From: a candidate division FCPU426 bacterium
GTDB lineage: Bacteria > Oederibacteriota > PGYV01 > Palsa-1178
DNA: 64,000 nt
Assembly: GCA_963840035.1 (NCBI GenBank)
Contig: CAWIXE010000003.1
Coordinates: 384,001 to 448,000 of the forward strand
Reading direction: 5' to 3'
The notes under the pieces were generated by a model. The model had not been told where the DNA came from. It saw only the letters and a list, made by a program, of their open reading frames with translations, and did no database searches. Position numbers and translations under genes: made by a program. Below are positions 1 to 9,628 of this stretch, piece after piece. Position 1 is the stretch's first letter. Each line of letters starts with the position of its first letter.

Positions 1-181
1 AGTCGCATATAAACAGCTCAACGTCCAGGCCTTTTGCCTGCAGGTTTTTTACCGGGGTTTCAGCGGTTACTTTTGACCTGCATGCCATTAAGACCTTTAT
101 TCCGAGGCTTGCGAGTTTTTCAGACACGGCAAACCCGAGGCCGCGCGTCGCGCCGGTAACCAGCGCTGTTTTTTTATCCAT
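1..181 (-). CDS. Short-chain dehydrogenase/reductase (SDR), N-terminal part, truncated by the window edge
   Basis: Manual translation gives MDKKTALVTGATRGLGFAVSEKLASLGIKVLMACRS..., with a TGxxxGxG Rossmann motif and an AGGAG RBS upstream of the ATG at 181. Confidence 0.85.
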   Translation of the reverse strand, partial: MDKKTALVTGATRGLGFAVSEKLASLGIKVLMACRSKVTAETPVKNLQAKGLDVELFICD

Positions 182-200
182 GGAATTCTCCTGTTTAGTT

Positions 201-222
201 GTAGATACGCACTGAGTGCGTT
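201..222 (+). repeat. REP-like element (GTAG plus short hairpin)
   Basis: GTAGAT-ACGCAC-TGA-GTGCGT; an inverted relative lies at 408-431. Confidence 0.45.
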
Positions 223-407
223 TTGTTTTTACCCGTTAAAGTCTAATATTTAAAAGGATTTCTGTCAATGTCCTGTTTTTATGTGAAACATAACAGGCCG
301 GATTTGTTAAAATAGTAATTGCAAATGCAGGCAAGTGTATTAAAATATATTGATATTTTACGGTGCCAAAAAACGGCTTGTAAGTCACGCCGAAAAAACG
401 CAAAGGC

Positions 408-431
408 GGGACGCACACAGTGTGTCTCTAC
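408..431 (-). repeat. REP-like element (GTAG plus short hairpin)
   Basis: Reverse strand reads GTAGAGACACACTGTGTGCGTCCC. Confidence 0.45.
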
Positions 432-442
432 GGGTGGACAAC

Positions 443-1000
443 ATGGGAGTGATGTCGGACAATTGGATAGTGAAAATGGCGAAAAAAGGGATGATTGAGC
501 CTTTTGAATCAAGCCAGGTGGGGAAAGGCGTGATATCTTACGGCGTGTCCTGCTACGGTTATGACATGAGGATATCCAATGAATTTAAGATATTCAAACC
601 CGAGACAACGCAGTTCGCGGACCCCAAGGACTTTAACGACAGCCATTTTGACGAGTTTAAGGGCGATGTGTGCATAATACCGCCCAATTCATACGTTCTC
701 GCGCGCAGCGTGGAGTATTTCCGCATACCAAGGAACATACTTACCATTACATTTGGAAAGTCCACCTACGCCAGGAGCGGGGTCATAGTAAACGTAACCC
801 CGTTTGAACCGGAGTGGGAAGGTTTTGTCACCATATCAATAGCAAACTTAACCGGCAGGCCGGCAAAACTATACGCCAACGAAGGCATAGCGCAGGTCAT
901 ATTCTTAAAGGCGGAACAGGTCTGCAAGACCTCATACGCCGACAAGAAAGGCAAGTATCAGGGGCAGAAGAAGATAACGATGGCGAGGATTAAAAAATAA
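443..1000 (+). CDS. dcd: dCTP deaminase
   Basis: Motifs [54 protein letters not shown]; start moved to ATG 443. Confidence 0.95.
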   Translation: MGVMSDNWIVKMAKKGMIEPFESSQVGKGVISYGVSCYGYDMRISNEFKIFKPETTQFADPKDFNDSHFDEFKGDVCIIPPNSYVLARSVEYFRIPRNILTITFGKSTYARSGVIVNVTPFEPEWEGFVTISIANLTGRPAKLYANEGIAQVIFLKAEQVCKTSYADKKGKYQGQKKITMARIKK

Positions 1001-1085
1001 TTCTAGATTCTGGATTCTGGATTAAAAAAACAAACAAATCGGTTTTTGATTTTAATCCAGAATCCAGAATTCAGAATTCAGAATC
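999..1085. repeat. Inverted heptamer-repeat palindrome, family A
   Basis: (ATTCTRG)n left arm and (AATYCAG)n right arm. Confidence 0.85.
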
Positions 1086-1094
1086 GGGGTTTAT

Positions 1095-1934
1095 ATGGGT
1101 TTATTCGGCATTCACGGCTCCATCAGCGGCGGGTTGTTTAACGCCATAGAGGAAGGGCAGGCTCTGGGATGTGAGGCTCTGCAGATATTTACAGCCAACC
1201 AGCGCATGTGGTCTGTAAAGACACCTTCATCGGATGACATGTCGGCTTTTGCCGCGGCGTGGAAAAAAAGCGGAATTAAAAAGGTGGTATCCCATAATTC
1301 ATACCTGGTAAACCTTGCCAGTGTAAATCCGGGGCTGCTGGGCAAATCGCGTCTGGCTTTCATGGCTGAAATGGAACGCGTGAGGGATTTAAACATTGAC
1401 GGCCTTGTTTTTCATCCGGGAAGCTTCACAGGCGGTACTTATGAAGAAGGCATTAAGAATATAATCGATTCCATAAACAGGGCGCTTTCCGAAGTGAAAG
1501 GTTTTGCTTCGCGGGTGCTTTTGGAGACTACGGCAGGATCGGGCAGCTCAATAGGCGGGAAGTTTGAGGACCTTGCATATATAATAGGAAAGGTAAAGAA
1601 AAAGGAAAATATAGGCGTGTGTTTTGATACGGCCCATGTTTTTGAGGCGGGATATAATACTAAGGATGACTATGAGGGTGTTTTTAAGGCGTTTGACAGG
1701 ATAATAGGCCTTGAAAATCTGCGCTGTTTCCACATAAATGACTCAAAGACTGAGTTCGAAAGCCACAGCGACAGGCACGAACATATAGGCAGGGGATTTT
1801 TGGGCGCTGATTTTTTTAAGAAACTTGTTAATGACAAGCGGTTTAAGGATGTCCCCATGATACTTGAGACGCCAAAAGACGGCGATATGGATAAGGTTAA
1901 TTTAAAGCTGCTAAGGGGATTTAGAAAGAAATAA
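1095..1934 (+). CDS. nfo: Endonuclease IV
   Basis: Motifs HNSYLVNLAS, FHPGS, LLETTAG, CFDTAH, HINDSK, DRHEHIG, ILETP. Confidence 0.96.
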   Translation: MGLFGIHGSISGGLFNAIEEGQALGCEALQIFTANQRMWSVKTPSSDDMSAFAAAWKKSGIKKVVSHNSYLVNLASVNPGLLGKSRLAFMAEMERVRDLNIDGLVFHPGSFTGGTYEEGIKNIIDSINRALSEVKGFASRVLLETTAGSGSSIGGKFEDLAYIIGKVKKKENIGVCFDTAHVFEAGYNTKDDYEGVFKAFDRIIGLENLRCFHINDSKTEFESHSDRHEHIGRGFLGADFFKKLVNDKRFKDVPMILETPKDGDMDKVNLKLLRGFRKK

Positions 1935-1996
1935 TAAGAACCTTACCTGTCCCGCCTTGGGAGAACGGGTTTTTCGGCGCATACTTGTGTGTTGTT

Positions 1997-2074
1997 GTGG
2001 CTGCTACAGGCCGGTTTTCTTTATGGATTGCACAGTAGCGCAGGCCATAAAGAAAACCGGCCTGCAGCAGCCAC
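1997..2074. repeat. 30-bp inverted repeat with an 18-nt loop
   Basis: GTGGCTGCTACAGGCCGGTTTTCTTTATGG and CCATAAAGAAAACCGGCCTGCAGCAGCCAC are complementary at 29 of 30 positions. Confidence 0.9.
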
Positions 2075-2143
2075 GGGTTATGCCCCGTCAACCTGCTGTA
2101 GTGCGGTTTGTTGATTATATATTAAAATACTTGAGGAGGTTTT

Positions 2144-2566
2144 ATGAAGGCATTCTGGCTGGCTGTGATTACCGCGTGTATTTGGGGAGGCGTTCCCATA
2201 ATAGAAAAGTTTGCGTTGACCAGGGGCATGCATCCGGTAATGGGGGTTGTTATCAGGAACTTCGGATCGGTAGCCGCGGGAATAATACTGTGGATGTTTG
2301 TGGCGAAGAACCCGCAGATGGTTAAGACCGGAGGCATGCTGCCGATAGTGCTCATGCTTGCCGCAGGAGCGCTTGCCGCGGTCGTGGGCCAGACTTTTTT
2401 CTATTCGTCCCTTCAACTCGGGGATGTATCAAAGGTCATGCCGATTGCCGGAAGTTTTCCGCTGATTTCATTCGTACTGGGCATCCTGATATTTGGCGAA
2501 GCGGTTACGGCATCAAAAATTGCGGGAGTGCTGTGCGTGGTGGCAGGGGTGTTTTTACTTAAGTAA
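2144..2566 (+). CDS. EamA/DMT-family small transporter
   Basis: 140 aa, ~5 TM helices, WG..PI.EK, SL..GDVSKV.PI; GGAGG RBS. Confidence 0.85.
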   Translation: MKAFWLAVITACIWGGVPIIEKFALTRGMHPVMGVVIRNFGSVAAGIILWMFVAKNPQMVKTGGMLPIVLMLAAGALAAVVGQTFFYSSLQLGDVSKVMPIAGSFPLISFVLGILIFGEAVTASKIAGVLCVVAGVFLLK

Positions 2567-2607
2567 ATAGTTAAGAGGCAGGAGACAAAAGTAAGGCCGG
2601 AGGAAAA

Positions 2608-2802
2608 ATGAACTGCGAGAATATCAATAAAAACATGAAAGGCTGCAACTGCACATATGAACCCTGTTCCCGCAAGGGCAAGTGCTGCGAATGCGTGGCT
2701 TACCACAGGGCGTCGGACGAACTTCCGGCGTGTTTCTTTTCAACGGCAGCTGAAAGCACATATGACAGAAGCTTTAGCAGGTTCATAAAAGACAGGGGTT
2801 AA
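2608..2802 (+). CDS. Small Cys-rich protein (DUF6485-like)
   Basis: [22 protein letters not shown]...LPACFF...TYDRS; GGAGG RBS. Confidence 0.75.
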   Translation: MNCENINKNMKGCNCTYEPCSRKGKCCECVAYHRASDELPACFFSTAAESTYDRSFSRFIKDRG

Positions 2803-2929
2803 TGGCAGAAATTAGAAATATACATATATGCCTGATTAGGTTCATATCTAATATCCGATATCAAATATAGAGGAGTGAAATGCAATTCTCCTCCAGTGTA
2901 TACCATACTTTCAAAGGACGTGTAAGAAC

Positions 2930-4261
2930 ATGCGTGAGTTTCATAAAGGCGATATAAAATCCCATATAATACATCTGTCGTGGCCTATGGTTCTGGCTAA
3001 TATAATACAGAACCTGGCTTCGGCTTTTGAGTTGTTCCTGCTTGGCAGGATCGGCATAGACGCGCTTGCGGCGATAGCCATTGTTCTCACCAGCGTTTAC
3101 GGCCTGAACTTATCAGTTCACGGTGGCCTTATAAACGGCGCCATCGCCATACTGTCCAGGTATGCCGGGGCTAAAAGGCATGATGACCTCAATAAAGCCC
3201 TGGGACAGATATTCATCTTCGCTGTCCTGGTCTTCGGGGTCTTCAGCTTCCTTATATATATCTTTCTGGACCCCATACTCGTGTTTTTCGGCGCAAAAGG
3301 CGATGTTCTTATTATGGCTTCAGGTTACATAAAAATAATGCTGTTGGGCTTCCTTCCGTTTTCAGTGTATACGATAGGAATGGTGGCTCTCCGCAGCCTG
3401 GGCGACTCGGTTACACCGCTAAAGGTCATAATCGTAATGATGGTTTTCAATATAATCTTAAACCCCATTTTCATCGTGGCCATGAACTTAGGGGTCAAAG
3501 GCGCGGCCCTTTCAGGCCTGGTTATGAATATTGCCGCGGCTGTCTATTACATAATTATATTCACCAATGGCATACACCTTTTCAGGCTTAAGTGGAGCGA
3601 TTTTAAGCCTGATTTTACCCTTTTAAAGATGTATGCCGGGTTGTCGCTTAAAAGCATTGGACAGGGTTTCATAGGAGACGCCGGAAACCTCGCCATGCTC
3701 AAAATAATATCGGCTTTTGGCAACCCCATGATAGCGGGGTACGGCATCGGCGGCAGGTTGTTTTTTTATATCCTGATGTTCGGCTGGCCCATTGGCAACT
3801 CAGGCGCCCTGATAGTGGGGCAGAACCTCGGCATGAAAATTAAGGAAAGGGTCAGGCAGACTGTGGTGGAAACCATAAAGGTATTTGGGTATATAACAGT
3901 ACCGGCCGCACTGATTTTTATTGTTTTCGCAAGGCCCATAGTGCAACTATTTACCCACGATGACGTTGTAATTAAATACGGCGTATATTACCTGCGGGTT
4001 ATTTCTGTTTTTATGCCATTTTTCGGCGCCGGGCTGAATATACAGTCCATATTTAACGGCGCGGGAGCTACAGGCACGCCTACGGTAGTGACCTTTGTTT
4101 CGTCCATACTTGTCAGGGTACCGCTGGCAATGGCGCTTCCTCTCATACCGGCGCTGGCGGAATACGGTATTTTCTGGGCTGTGGGCATATCAATGGCTGT
4201 GTATTCTGTGATTTACGTGGTGCTTTATAATAGAGGAAGATGGATGAACAAGGAGATCTAG
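2930..4261 (+). CDS. MATE-family efflux transporter
   Basis: ~12 TM helices; LRSLGDSVTPL, NIILNPIFI, GVKGAAL, VGQNLG, FNGAG. Confidence 0.92.
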   Translation: MREFHKGDIKSHIIHLSWPMVLANIIQNLASAFELFLLGRIGIDALAAIAIVLTSVYGLNLSVHGGLINGAIAILSRYAGAKRHDDLNKALGQIFIFAVLVFGVFSFLIYIFLDPILVFFGAKGDVLIMASGYIKIMLLGFLPFSVYTIGMVALRSLGDSVTPLKVIIVMMVFNIILNPIFIVAMNLGVKGAALSGLVMNIAAAVYYIIIFTNGIHLFRLKWSDFKPDFTLLKMYAGLSLKSIGQGFIGDAGNLAMLKIISAFGNPMIAGYGIGGRLFFYILMFGWPIGNSGALIVGQNLGMKIKERVRQTVVETIKVFGYITVPAALIFIVFARPIVQLFTHDDVVIKYGVYYLRVISVFMPFFGAGLNIQSIFNGAGATGTPTVVTFVSSILVRVPLAMALPLIPALAEYGIFWAVGISMAVYSVIYVVLYNRGRWMNKEI

Positions 4262-4263
4262 AA

Positions 4264-5616
4264 ATGGCTGACGGATTAAGGGAACTCGAAAAGGGAGACA
4301 TATCCAAACACCTCTTATACCTGTCTGTGCCCCTGCTTATAACCAATCTCATGCAGAACTTTTTTTCCATATTCGACATGTTCCTGCTGGGAAAGATTGG
4401 CGTGCAGGCGCAGTCGGCCATATCAGTTATCGGTTTCATACTGGCTACATTCTGGGCCATGGTAGGCGGGCTCCAGGCCGGGGCTGTGGCTTTCGCGTCA
4501 AGGTACTGCGGACGCAGGGATTACAGCCTCCTGAAAAAAACCATAGTTAATACCATGTTCGCGGCTTACGCGCTTGCGGTTATCTACGTGGTTTTGCACT
4601 GGATCTTCAGGGTCCAGATACTTACTTTTTTCGGCGCGGCAGGCGAGACGCTCCGCCTGTCCGAATCCATATTCTTAACCTGCCTGATATCCATATTAAA
4701 TGACAGCGGCCTTTTTATATTCTTTGCCATACTCAGGGCCACCGGTTATATAAGGAGGCACTTTTACATCCTCTTTATTTCCGTGTTGTTAAATACCGTC
4801 TTTGAACCCATATTCATATATGGATGGCTGGGCTTCCCAAAAATGGGGATATTGGGGGCGCCCATGGCCAGGTTCATGTCGTACTTCATAATAACTTTCC
4901 TTATGATATCCATACTGACTAGGACAAAAGGCATCCTGCGCATAGAAAAAAAGGACCTGAAGCTGGATCCGAAGTTCCTTTTAAGCTATATAGTTATTTC
5001 ACTGCCGGCGTGGGGACAGGGGCTGGTGGCCAACATAACCGGGCTGGTCATGTTGAAACTCGCGGCGCCTTTCGGAGATTCCATGCTGGCTGTGATGGGG
5101 ATAGGTTCCAGGCTTGACGTCTTTGTCATGATGCTCGGCTGGGCCATAGGCGGCTCCACGGCGGTAATGGTGGGGCATAACCTGGGGGCAAAGCACCCGG
5201 ATAGGGCGGAAGCCAGCGTTATTACCGGGCTGAAAATGTTCACTATGATTACGCTCACCTGTTTCCTCATATATTTTAATTTTCCAGGATGGGTCATGAA
5301 AGTATTCACCGGAGACGCGACAGTCATCCATTACGGCATGGATTATTTAAAGATAATATCGCCGATGTACCTTTTAATGGGCGTGGGCATACTCACGGGC
5401 GCTGCCTTTAACGGCTCAGGAGCGACAAGGACGCCCATGGTGATAAATTTAATAGCGTCCATCATGATACAGATACCGATAGCAGTATTCCTGTCGCGGG
5501 TGCCGGGCATAGGATATAAAGCCATATTCATAAGCATCGCGTCGGTCTTCGCGTTCCAGGGCATAGCGGGATGGTTCATGTATAAGCGCGGGCACTGGAA
5601 ACACAAGGAGATCTGA
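4264..5616 (+). CDS. MATE-family efflux transporter (tandem paralog)
   Basis: KGDISKHLLYLSVP, DMFLLGKIG, PKMGILGA, VGHNLGA, FNGSGAT.TPM. Confidence 0.92.
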   Translation: MADGLRELEKGDISKHLLYLSVPLLITNLMQNFFSIFDMFLLGKIGVQAQSAISVIGFILATFWAMVGGLQAGAVAFASRYCGRRDYSLLKKTIVNTMFAAYALAVIYVVLHWIFRVQILTFFGAAGETLRLSESIFLTCLISILNDSGLFIFFAILRATGYIRRHFYILFISVLLNTVFEPIFIYGWLGFPKMGILGAPMARFMSYFIITFLMISILTRTKGILRIEKKDLKLDPKFLLSYIVISLPAWGQGLVANITGLVMLKLAAPFGDSMLAVMGIGSRLDVFVMMLGWAIGGSTAVMVGHNLGAKHPDRAEASVITGLKMFTMITLTCFLIYFNFPGWVMKVFTGDATVIHYGMDYLKIISPMYLLMGVGILTGAAFNGSGATRTPMVINLIASIMIQIPIAVFLSRVPGIGYKAIFISIASVFAFQGIAGWFMYKRGHWKHKEI

Positions 5617-5621
5617 TTTAC

Positions 5622-5725
5622 AATTCTGAATTCAAGATTCTGAATTCTGGATTGTAGAGCGTTTGTTCTTGAAGTATCCGATTTTATCCATTTAATCCAA
5701 AATCTAGAATTCAGAATCTGGAATC
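5622..5725. repeat. Inverted heptamer-repeat palindrome, family A
   Basis: AATTCTGAATTCAAGATTCTGAATTCTGGATT ... AATCCAAAATCTAGAATTCAGAATCTGGAATC. Confidence 0.85.
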
Positions 5726-5731
5726 AAACCA

Positions 5732-5759
5732 TTGAAAATCCCTTATTTTATGGTAAAAT
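5732..5759 (+). promoter_or_regulatory. Putative sigma70 promoter with extended -10
   Basis: TTGAAA-16 nt-TAAAAT, with TG upstream of the -10. Confidence 0.5.
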
Positions 5760-5813
5760 TATAGTAACTTACCTGCGCAGTGTTTGTCTTATATCCATAT
5801 GAAAAGAGGGTAC

Positions 5814-8711
5814 ATGAAAAGACTGATTGCGGCTTTCCTTATTATAATGGCATTCTTTTCCTCTGTTTACGGCATTAATAAGATACGCGTGAAGGATAAG
5901 AACTGGCAGATATATAAAACCGAGCATTTCCGCATATATTACTATAACGGGGACGAGTTCCTCGCGAAACTTACCGCGGTTTACGCTGAAGAAGCTTATG
6001 ACCATGACTCGGCGATTGTAAACTTTAAACCCAAGAATGCTATTCCCTTATTTATCTATGAAAACCATGATGATTTTACTTCCACAAATATAACCCTGTC
6101 GCCGCTATCCGAAGGTACGGGCGGTTTTACAGAGCCCTACAAGAACAGGGTAGTGCTGCCGAACTCCGGGTCCATTAAGCAGTTGAAGCAGGTGATAACC
6201 CATGAAGTCGCCCACGCCATACAGTTCGCCATTATTTACGGCGAAGGTATGAGGAATTATAATGTCTTATACAAGGACTTATTCATGCCTGTATGGGTCA
6301 TGGAGGGGCTTGCCGAATACAGCGCGGATGACCTGGACTCTAAAGGTGAGATGGTGCTGCGCGACGCCGTGATAAATAACAGGCTCATGCCCATAGACCA
6401 GCTTGACGGTTTCTCATTCCTGGAGGAGATGTACCTGGGTTATAAGGAAGCGCAGTCCATTATCACATACATAGCCGCGAATTACGGCAAGGACTTCATA
6501 CCGCAGTTCATACAGAGTGTGGGCGAGGAATTCGCGGTGGACAATGTTTTCAGGAAGGTCGCAAAAAAAGACTACAACGCTTTTAAAAAAGAATGGGAAT
6601 ATTTTATAAAGAAAAAATACTGGGCGCAGGCGCAGGGCAGGGATAACCCCGACAAATACGGGCCGCAGCTTACCAAGTCGCAGCATGAAAGCCCGGTATA
6701 TGACCAGGGCCCGGCGTTTTCACCGGACGGTTCCTTAATTGCGTTCATATCGTCCAGGGGCGGCCACAGGGCCGTGTGGCTGATGAGGCCTGACGGAAAG
6801 GAAGCGCGCGAAGTCTTTAACGGGTTTGATACCATTTCCACGGAAGGCTTCCCAATTTCGTGGGGGACCGATAATAAGACAATTTACTTTGCCGTAAGCG
6901 ACAGGGGAAGAAGGTACATAGTAAAAGCAAACATTGAAACCATGGCGCAGGAAAAACTTCCCATACCGGGCATGTATGACATATATTCCCCGGCTGTATC
7001 GCCTGATGACAGGTATGTCGCCTTTACCGGGTCAAATGAGGGTTTTACAGACGTGTATGTTTTTGACACGGCAACCGGCGCGCTGGATAACATAACCAAT
7101 AATGTCTTTGATAATAACAGCCCAAACTGGTCGCCGCGCGGCAATTACCTTGTTTTCACCGAGGAACGCAATGGGCAGGGGCGGCTGGCGCTATACGATT
7201 TAAAACTTGGCAAAAAGAAATTTCTGACTGAAGAGGCTTCATATGACTGCGCCTATCCGAGGTTCACGGACGAGGATACAATAATTTTCACATCGGATAA
7301 GAACGGGATCTATAACCTTTATTCTATGAAGCTTAAGGACAAAAGTGAAAAACAGCTGACAAACATCACGACAGGGATATCCGCGCCGTCATATTCGCCC
7401 GATGGCTTTGTCGTGTACTCCTACTACGAAGACGCCTGCTATAACCTTTATAAATACCTGCTCGACAGGGAAAGGGCCTTTGAGAAGCTTCCCCTTGTTT
7501 ATGACGAAAGCCTCATAGCTAAGAAAAGTGAAAAGTCGGGAGAAGCTGAAAAGAAGCCGAAACCGGAAGTGGTAATAAAGGCTGAGAATAGCAACGATGA
7601 CGCGGCTTTTAAAGCCATCACGGAAGAAAAGGCCGCGAAAGTTATATCGGGAAGCGAACAATACGGGACAATGCTTTCGCCGGATTTGTTATTTGCCCTC
7701 TTCGGGTATGAGTCAACTACAGGCCTGGTAGGGGGCGGTTACGCGACGCTCTCCGACATGACAGGCGATAATAACCTGGCGCTGCTTGTAAACTACGTCC
7801 CGGATTACTATTCACAGTTCCAGCTGTCGTACATGTACCTGGGGCTGCCTTTTGACCTCAGCTTCGACTGTTATTATGACCAGAACGTATACCAGCTGTA
7901 TGATACCGAACAGAACGTATTTTTCTCCCAGCTTGAGTCAAAGCAGTACGGCGGTGGGATAACCATGACATATCCGCTGAACATGTACACCGGAGTATCG
8001 CTTTTTTTCCAGACAAAGCGCGTCTCCGACAGGTACAAGAATCTTGACACCGGATCCACGGTTTATTTTGACACCACGGACAGGGATGACCTGCTGAATA
8101 TCGCGGGCGTTTCCATTCAGTATGACCATTCATCATGGCGGGACCTTGCGCCCTACTCCGGCGAAGAGATAATGATTTATGCCGAGTCAGCTGACAGGAT
8201 ATTCGGCGGCACAAAGACATATTCCATATATGAGGCTGATATCCGCAAGTATTTTGACCTGGGTTTTTTCCCGGGGAAGAACCTAAGCGCGTCTTTCAGG
8301 GTGTTATTAGCGATGACTGAAGGCCCGGACAGGCCCTACTTCCTTTTTGGAGGCATCAATTCTGTCAGGGGGCTTGATTATGGGGAAATGTCCGGCGACA
8401 GGCTGGCCCTGCTTAACGCCGAGTTGCGCTATACGCTGGTCAGGAACATGGATTTTAAACTGTGGCCGCTCACCTTCATAATGGTAAAAAATATAAAGAC
8501 AGTATTTTTTGACGACGCCGGCATTATAAAAGACGGGCCCGTGAACTCTGTTTCAAACAGCGACATTGTAAACGGCCTGGGTTTTTCGCTTTTATTTGAC
8601 ACATTCCTTTTCCAGAACCAGTACATGCCGCTGAGACTTGAAGTCGCCAGAAGGACGGACAACGCCGACGGGGACTGGAAGTTTTATTTCTCGATAAATA
8701 CGGGGTTTTAA
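5814..8711 (+). CDS. Omp85/BamA-superfamily outer-membrane protein with an N-terminal zinc-peptidase-like domain and a TolB-like beta-propeller
   Basis: Signal peptide; HEVAH...WVMEGLAEY; PD40-like repeats (PAFSPDG, PAVSPDD, PNWSPRG, PSYSPDG); GGINSVRGLDYG loop motif; C-terminal Phe. Confidence 0.8.
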   Translation: MKRLIAAFLIIMAFFSSVYGINKIRVKDKNWQIYKTEHFRIYYYNGDEFLAKLTAVYAEEAYDHDSAIVNFKPKNAIPLFIYENHDDFTSTNITLSPLSEGTGGFTEPYKNRVVLPNSGSIKQLKQVITHEVAHAIQFAIIYGEGMRNYNVLYKDLFMPVWVMEGLAEYSADDLDSKGEMVLRDAVINNRLMPIDQLDGFSFLEEMYLGYKEAQSIITYIAANYGKDFIPQFIQSVGEEFAVDNVFRKVAKKDYNAFKKEWEYFIKKKYWAQAQGRDNPDKYGPQLTKSQHESPVYDQGPAFSPDGSLIAFISSRGGHRAVWLMRPDGKEAREVFNGFDTISTEGFPISWGTDNKTIYFAVSDRGRRYIVKANIETMAQEKLPIPGMYDIYSPAVSPDDRYVAFTGSNEGFTDVYVFDTATGALDNITNNVFDNNSPNWSPRGNYLVFTEERNGQGRLALYDLKLGKKKFLTEEASYDCAYPRFTDEDTIIFTSDKNGIYNLYSMKLKDKSEKQLTNITTGISAPSYSPDGFVVYSYYEDACYNLYKYLLDRERAFEKLPLVYDESLIAKKSEKSGEAEKKPKPEVVIKAENSNDDAAFKAITEEKAAKVISGSEQYGTMLSPDLLFALFGYESTTGLVGGGYATLSDMTGDNNLALLVNYVPDYYSQFQLSYMYLGLPFDLSFDCYYDQNVYQLYDTEQNVFFSQLESKQYGGGITMTYPLNMYTGVSLFFQTKRVSDRYKNLDTGSTVYFDTTDRDDLLNIAGVSIQYDHSSWRDLAPYSGEEIMIYAESADRIFGGTKTYSIYEADIRKYFDLGFFPGKNLSASFRVLLAMTEGPDRPYFLFGGINSVRGLDYGEMSGDRLALLNAELRYTLVRNMDFKLWPLTFIMVKNIKTVFFDDAGIIKDGPVNSVSNSDIVNGLGFSLLFDTFLFQNQYMPLRLEVARRTDNADGDWKFYFSINTGF

Positions 8712-8714
8712 AAT

Positions 8715-8797
8715 GGAAGTTCGGAGGCTGGAGTTCGGGGTTCGGAGTTGTAAGTCCGTAACCTACACTCCGAACCCCGAACTCCGAACTCAAAACT
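8715..8797. repeat. Inverted heptamer-repeat palindrome, family C
   Basis: (GGAGTTC)n ... (CCGAACT)n. Confidence 0.8.
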
Positions 8798-8813
8798 TAG
8801 CAGGAGGTTTACA

Positions 8814-9626
8814 TTGGATTACGTACACGCTTTAATCATGGGCATTATACAGGGCTTAACCGAGTTCCTTCCCGTATCTTCCAGCGCGCACCTTGTTATA
8901 TATCCGAAGATATTCAGCGCGGGAAATATGCTTTTGAATTCGCTTTCTTTTGATGTGGCGCTGCATGGAGGCACTCTGGTGGCGTTGCTGGTATTTTTCA
9001 GAAAAAAGGTATCAAACCTGCTCGGCTCCTTTTTTAAGGGGCTTACTTCCTCGAAAACAAGGAAGTCTGCTGATTTTAAAATGGGGCTATTCATCATAGC
9101 GGCCACAATACCGGCTGTTATTGTCGGATATTTCTGGGGCGACGTACTGGAAGATAATTTCAGGGATCCGGTAAGAATAGGGCTGGTGTTAATTATTTTT
9201 GGCGGCGTCCTCTGGCTTGCGGACAGGCTTGGAAGGAAAAGGAAGGAAACAGGGTCGATGAATTTTTTTGATTCCATTATTATCGGTTTGGCGCAGGCAG
9301 CGGCGTTAATACCCGGGGTTTCAAGGTCGGGTGTGACCATATCGGCCGGATTATTGCTCGGGTATAAAAGGCAGGACGCGGCAGAGTTCTCATTTGTGAT
9401 GTCTATTCCGGCCGTTGCCGGGGCGTTTGTCATGCAGTTAAAGCACCTTGCGGATAACGGAAGCGCCATGGCGGGCCCGGCAATACTTGGATTCATCGCA
9501 GCTTCCATATCAGGCATGCTTGCCATAAAATTTCTCCTTGATTTTGTTCAAAAGAAGAGTTTTACCCCTTTTGTCATTTACAGGATTGCGCTGGGCATAC
9601 TGATACTTGCGATGTTTCCCAGGTAA
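8814..9626 (+). CDS. uppP: Undecaprenyl-diphosphate phosphatase
   Basis: GIIQGLTEFLPVSSSAHL, ALIPGVSRSGVTI, AAEFSF. Confidence 0.97.
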   Translation: MDYVHALIMGIIQGLTEFLPVSSSAHLVIYPKIFSAGNMLLNSLSFDVALHGGTLVALLVFFRKKVSNLLGSFFKGLTSSKTRKSADFKMGLFIIAATIPAVIVGYFWGDVLEDNFRDPVRIGLVLIIFGGVLWLADRLGRKRKETGSMNFFDSIIIGLAQAAALIPGVSRSGVTISAGLLLGYKRQDAAEFSFVMSIPAVAGAFVMQLKHLADNGSAMAGPAILGFIAASISGMLAIKFLLDFVQKKSFTPFVIYRIALGILILAMFPR

Positions 9627-9628
9627 CC

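Noticed and set aside
275..290. Possible parS site (GTTTTTATGTGAAACA)
   Set aside because: Only one half matches the TGTTTCACGTGAAACA palindrome.
8819..9526. 235-aa antisense ORF, and similar antisense ORFs at 13979-14979 and 19468-20196
   Set aside because: They fully overlap well-supported + strand genes and have no recognisable motifs.
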